Source of the DNA: Callorhinchus milii
Taxonomy: Eukaryota
DNA: 64,000 nt
NCBI RefSeq assembly: GCF_018977255.1
Contig: NW_024704742.1
Span: forward strand, 86,802,001-86,866,000
Direction of reading: 5' to 3'
The notes under the pieces are model-generated. The model was not told the DNA's origin and searched no databases. It saw only the letters and a list, made by a program, of their open reading frames with translations. The position numbers and the translations under genes were made by a program. The first letter of the stretch is position 1. Each line of letters starts with the position of its first letter. Below are positions 63,769 through 64,000 of this stretch, in pieces.

Positions 63769-64000
63769 ACAACAACAACAAAATTACATTTATATAGCGC
63801 CTTTCATATCAGGAGGAGATCCCAAGGCGCTGGACAGACTGAGTTACAGACCCGAGCTGGGGGTCGGGGTGGGGGAGGGCAGAGGGGGAAGCAGGGAGAT
63901 CAAAACCACAGTTGAAGAGGAGGGTCTTGAGGTGGGCCTTGAAGGTGGAGAGGGGGGGAGCGAGTCAGAGGGACTGCGGGATGGAGTTCCAGAGGGTGGG
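63769..64000 (-). mobile_element. L2 3' fragment running off the right edge
   Basis: (CAA)n tail, agcgcctttcatatcaggaggagatcccaaggcgctg stem-loop and 3' UTR. Confidence 0.9.

Noticed and set aside
58498..64000. Friedreich-type (GAA)n repeat in FXN
   Set aside because: None seen; the relevant first intron is outside the window.

Overview
This is eukaryotic (vertebrate) genomic DNA, not a prokaryotic locus. The repeat content (CR1, L2, L1/Tx1, tRNA-Ala-derived SINEs and Deu-type SINEs) suggests a cartilaginous fish, which is an inference. Two spliced genes lie in tandem on the minus strand. At the right are the last two coding exons of frataxin (FXN: 60595-60692 and 58498-58648 with the stop codon). 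At the left is the 5' part of tight junction protein ZO-2 (TJP2): five internal exons at 7666-7719, 6601-6725, 4057-4159, 2354-2819 and 1763-1866 encode PDZ1, the RS/RD-rich linker and the start of PDZ2, and they splice in frame with canonical GT-AG ends. This is the same FXN-TJP2 order as in human. There are at least two candidate alternative first coding exons of TJP2: MPVRREK (37195-37215) and MAVRFQDQ (23025-23048, with a GC-type donor). The rest is intron or intergenic DNA full of retroposon fragments and low-complexity tracts, and almost all ORFs in the supplied track are spurious or repeat-derived. The most notable observations are the GC-AG MAVRFQDQ exon, a covarying 3' stem-loop shared by three retroposon families, two compact near-perfect hairpins, a candidate CTCF site between the genes, and a phase-0 cryptic donor inside the last FXN exon. 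Repeat boundaries are approximate and were set by eye. I found no CRISPR array, operon or defence system.
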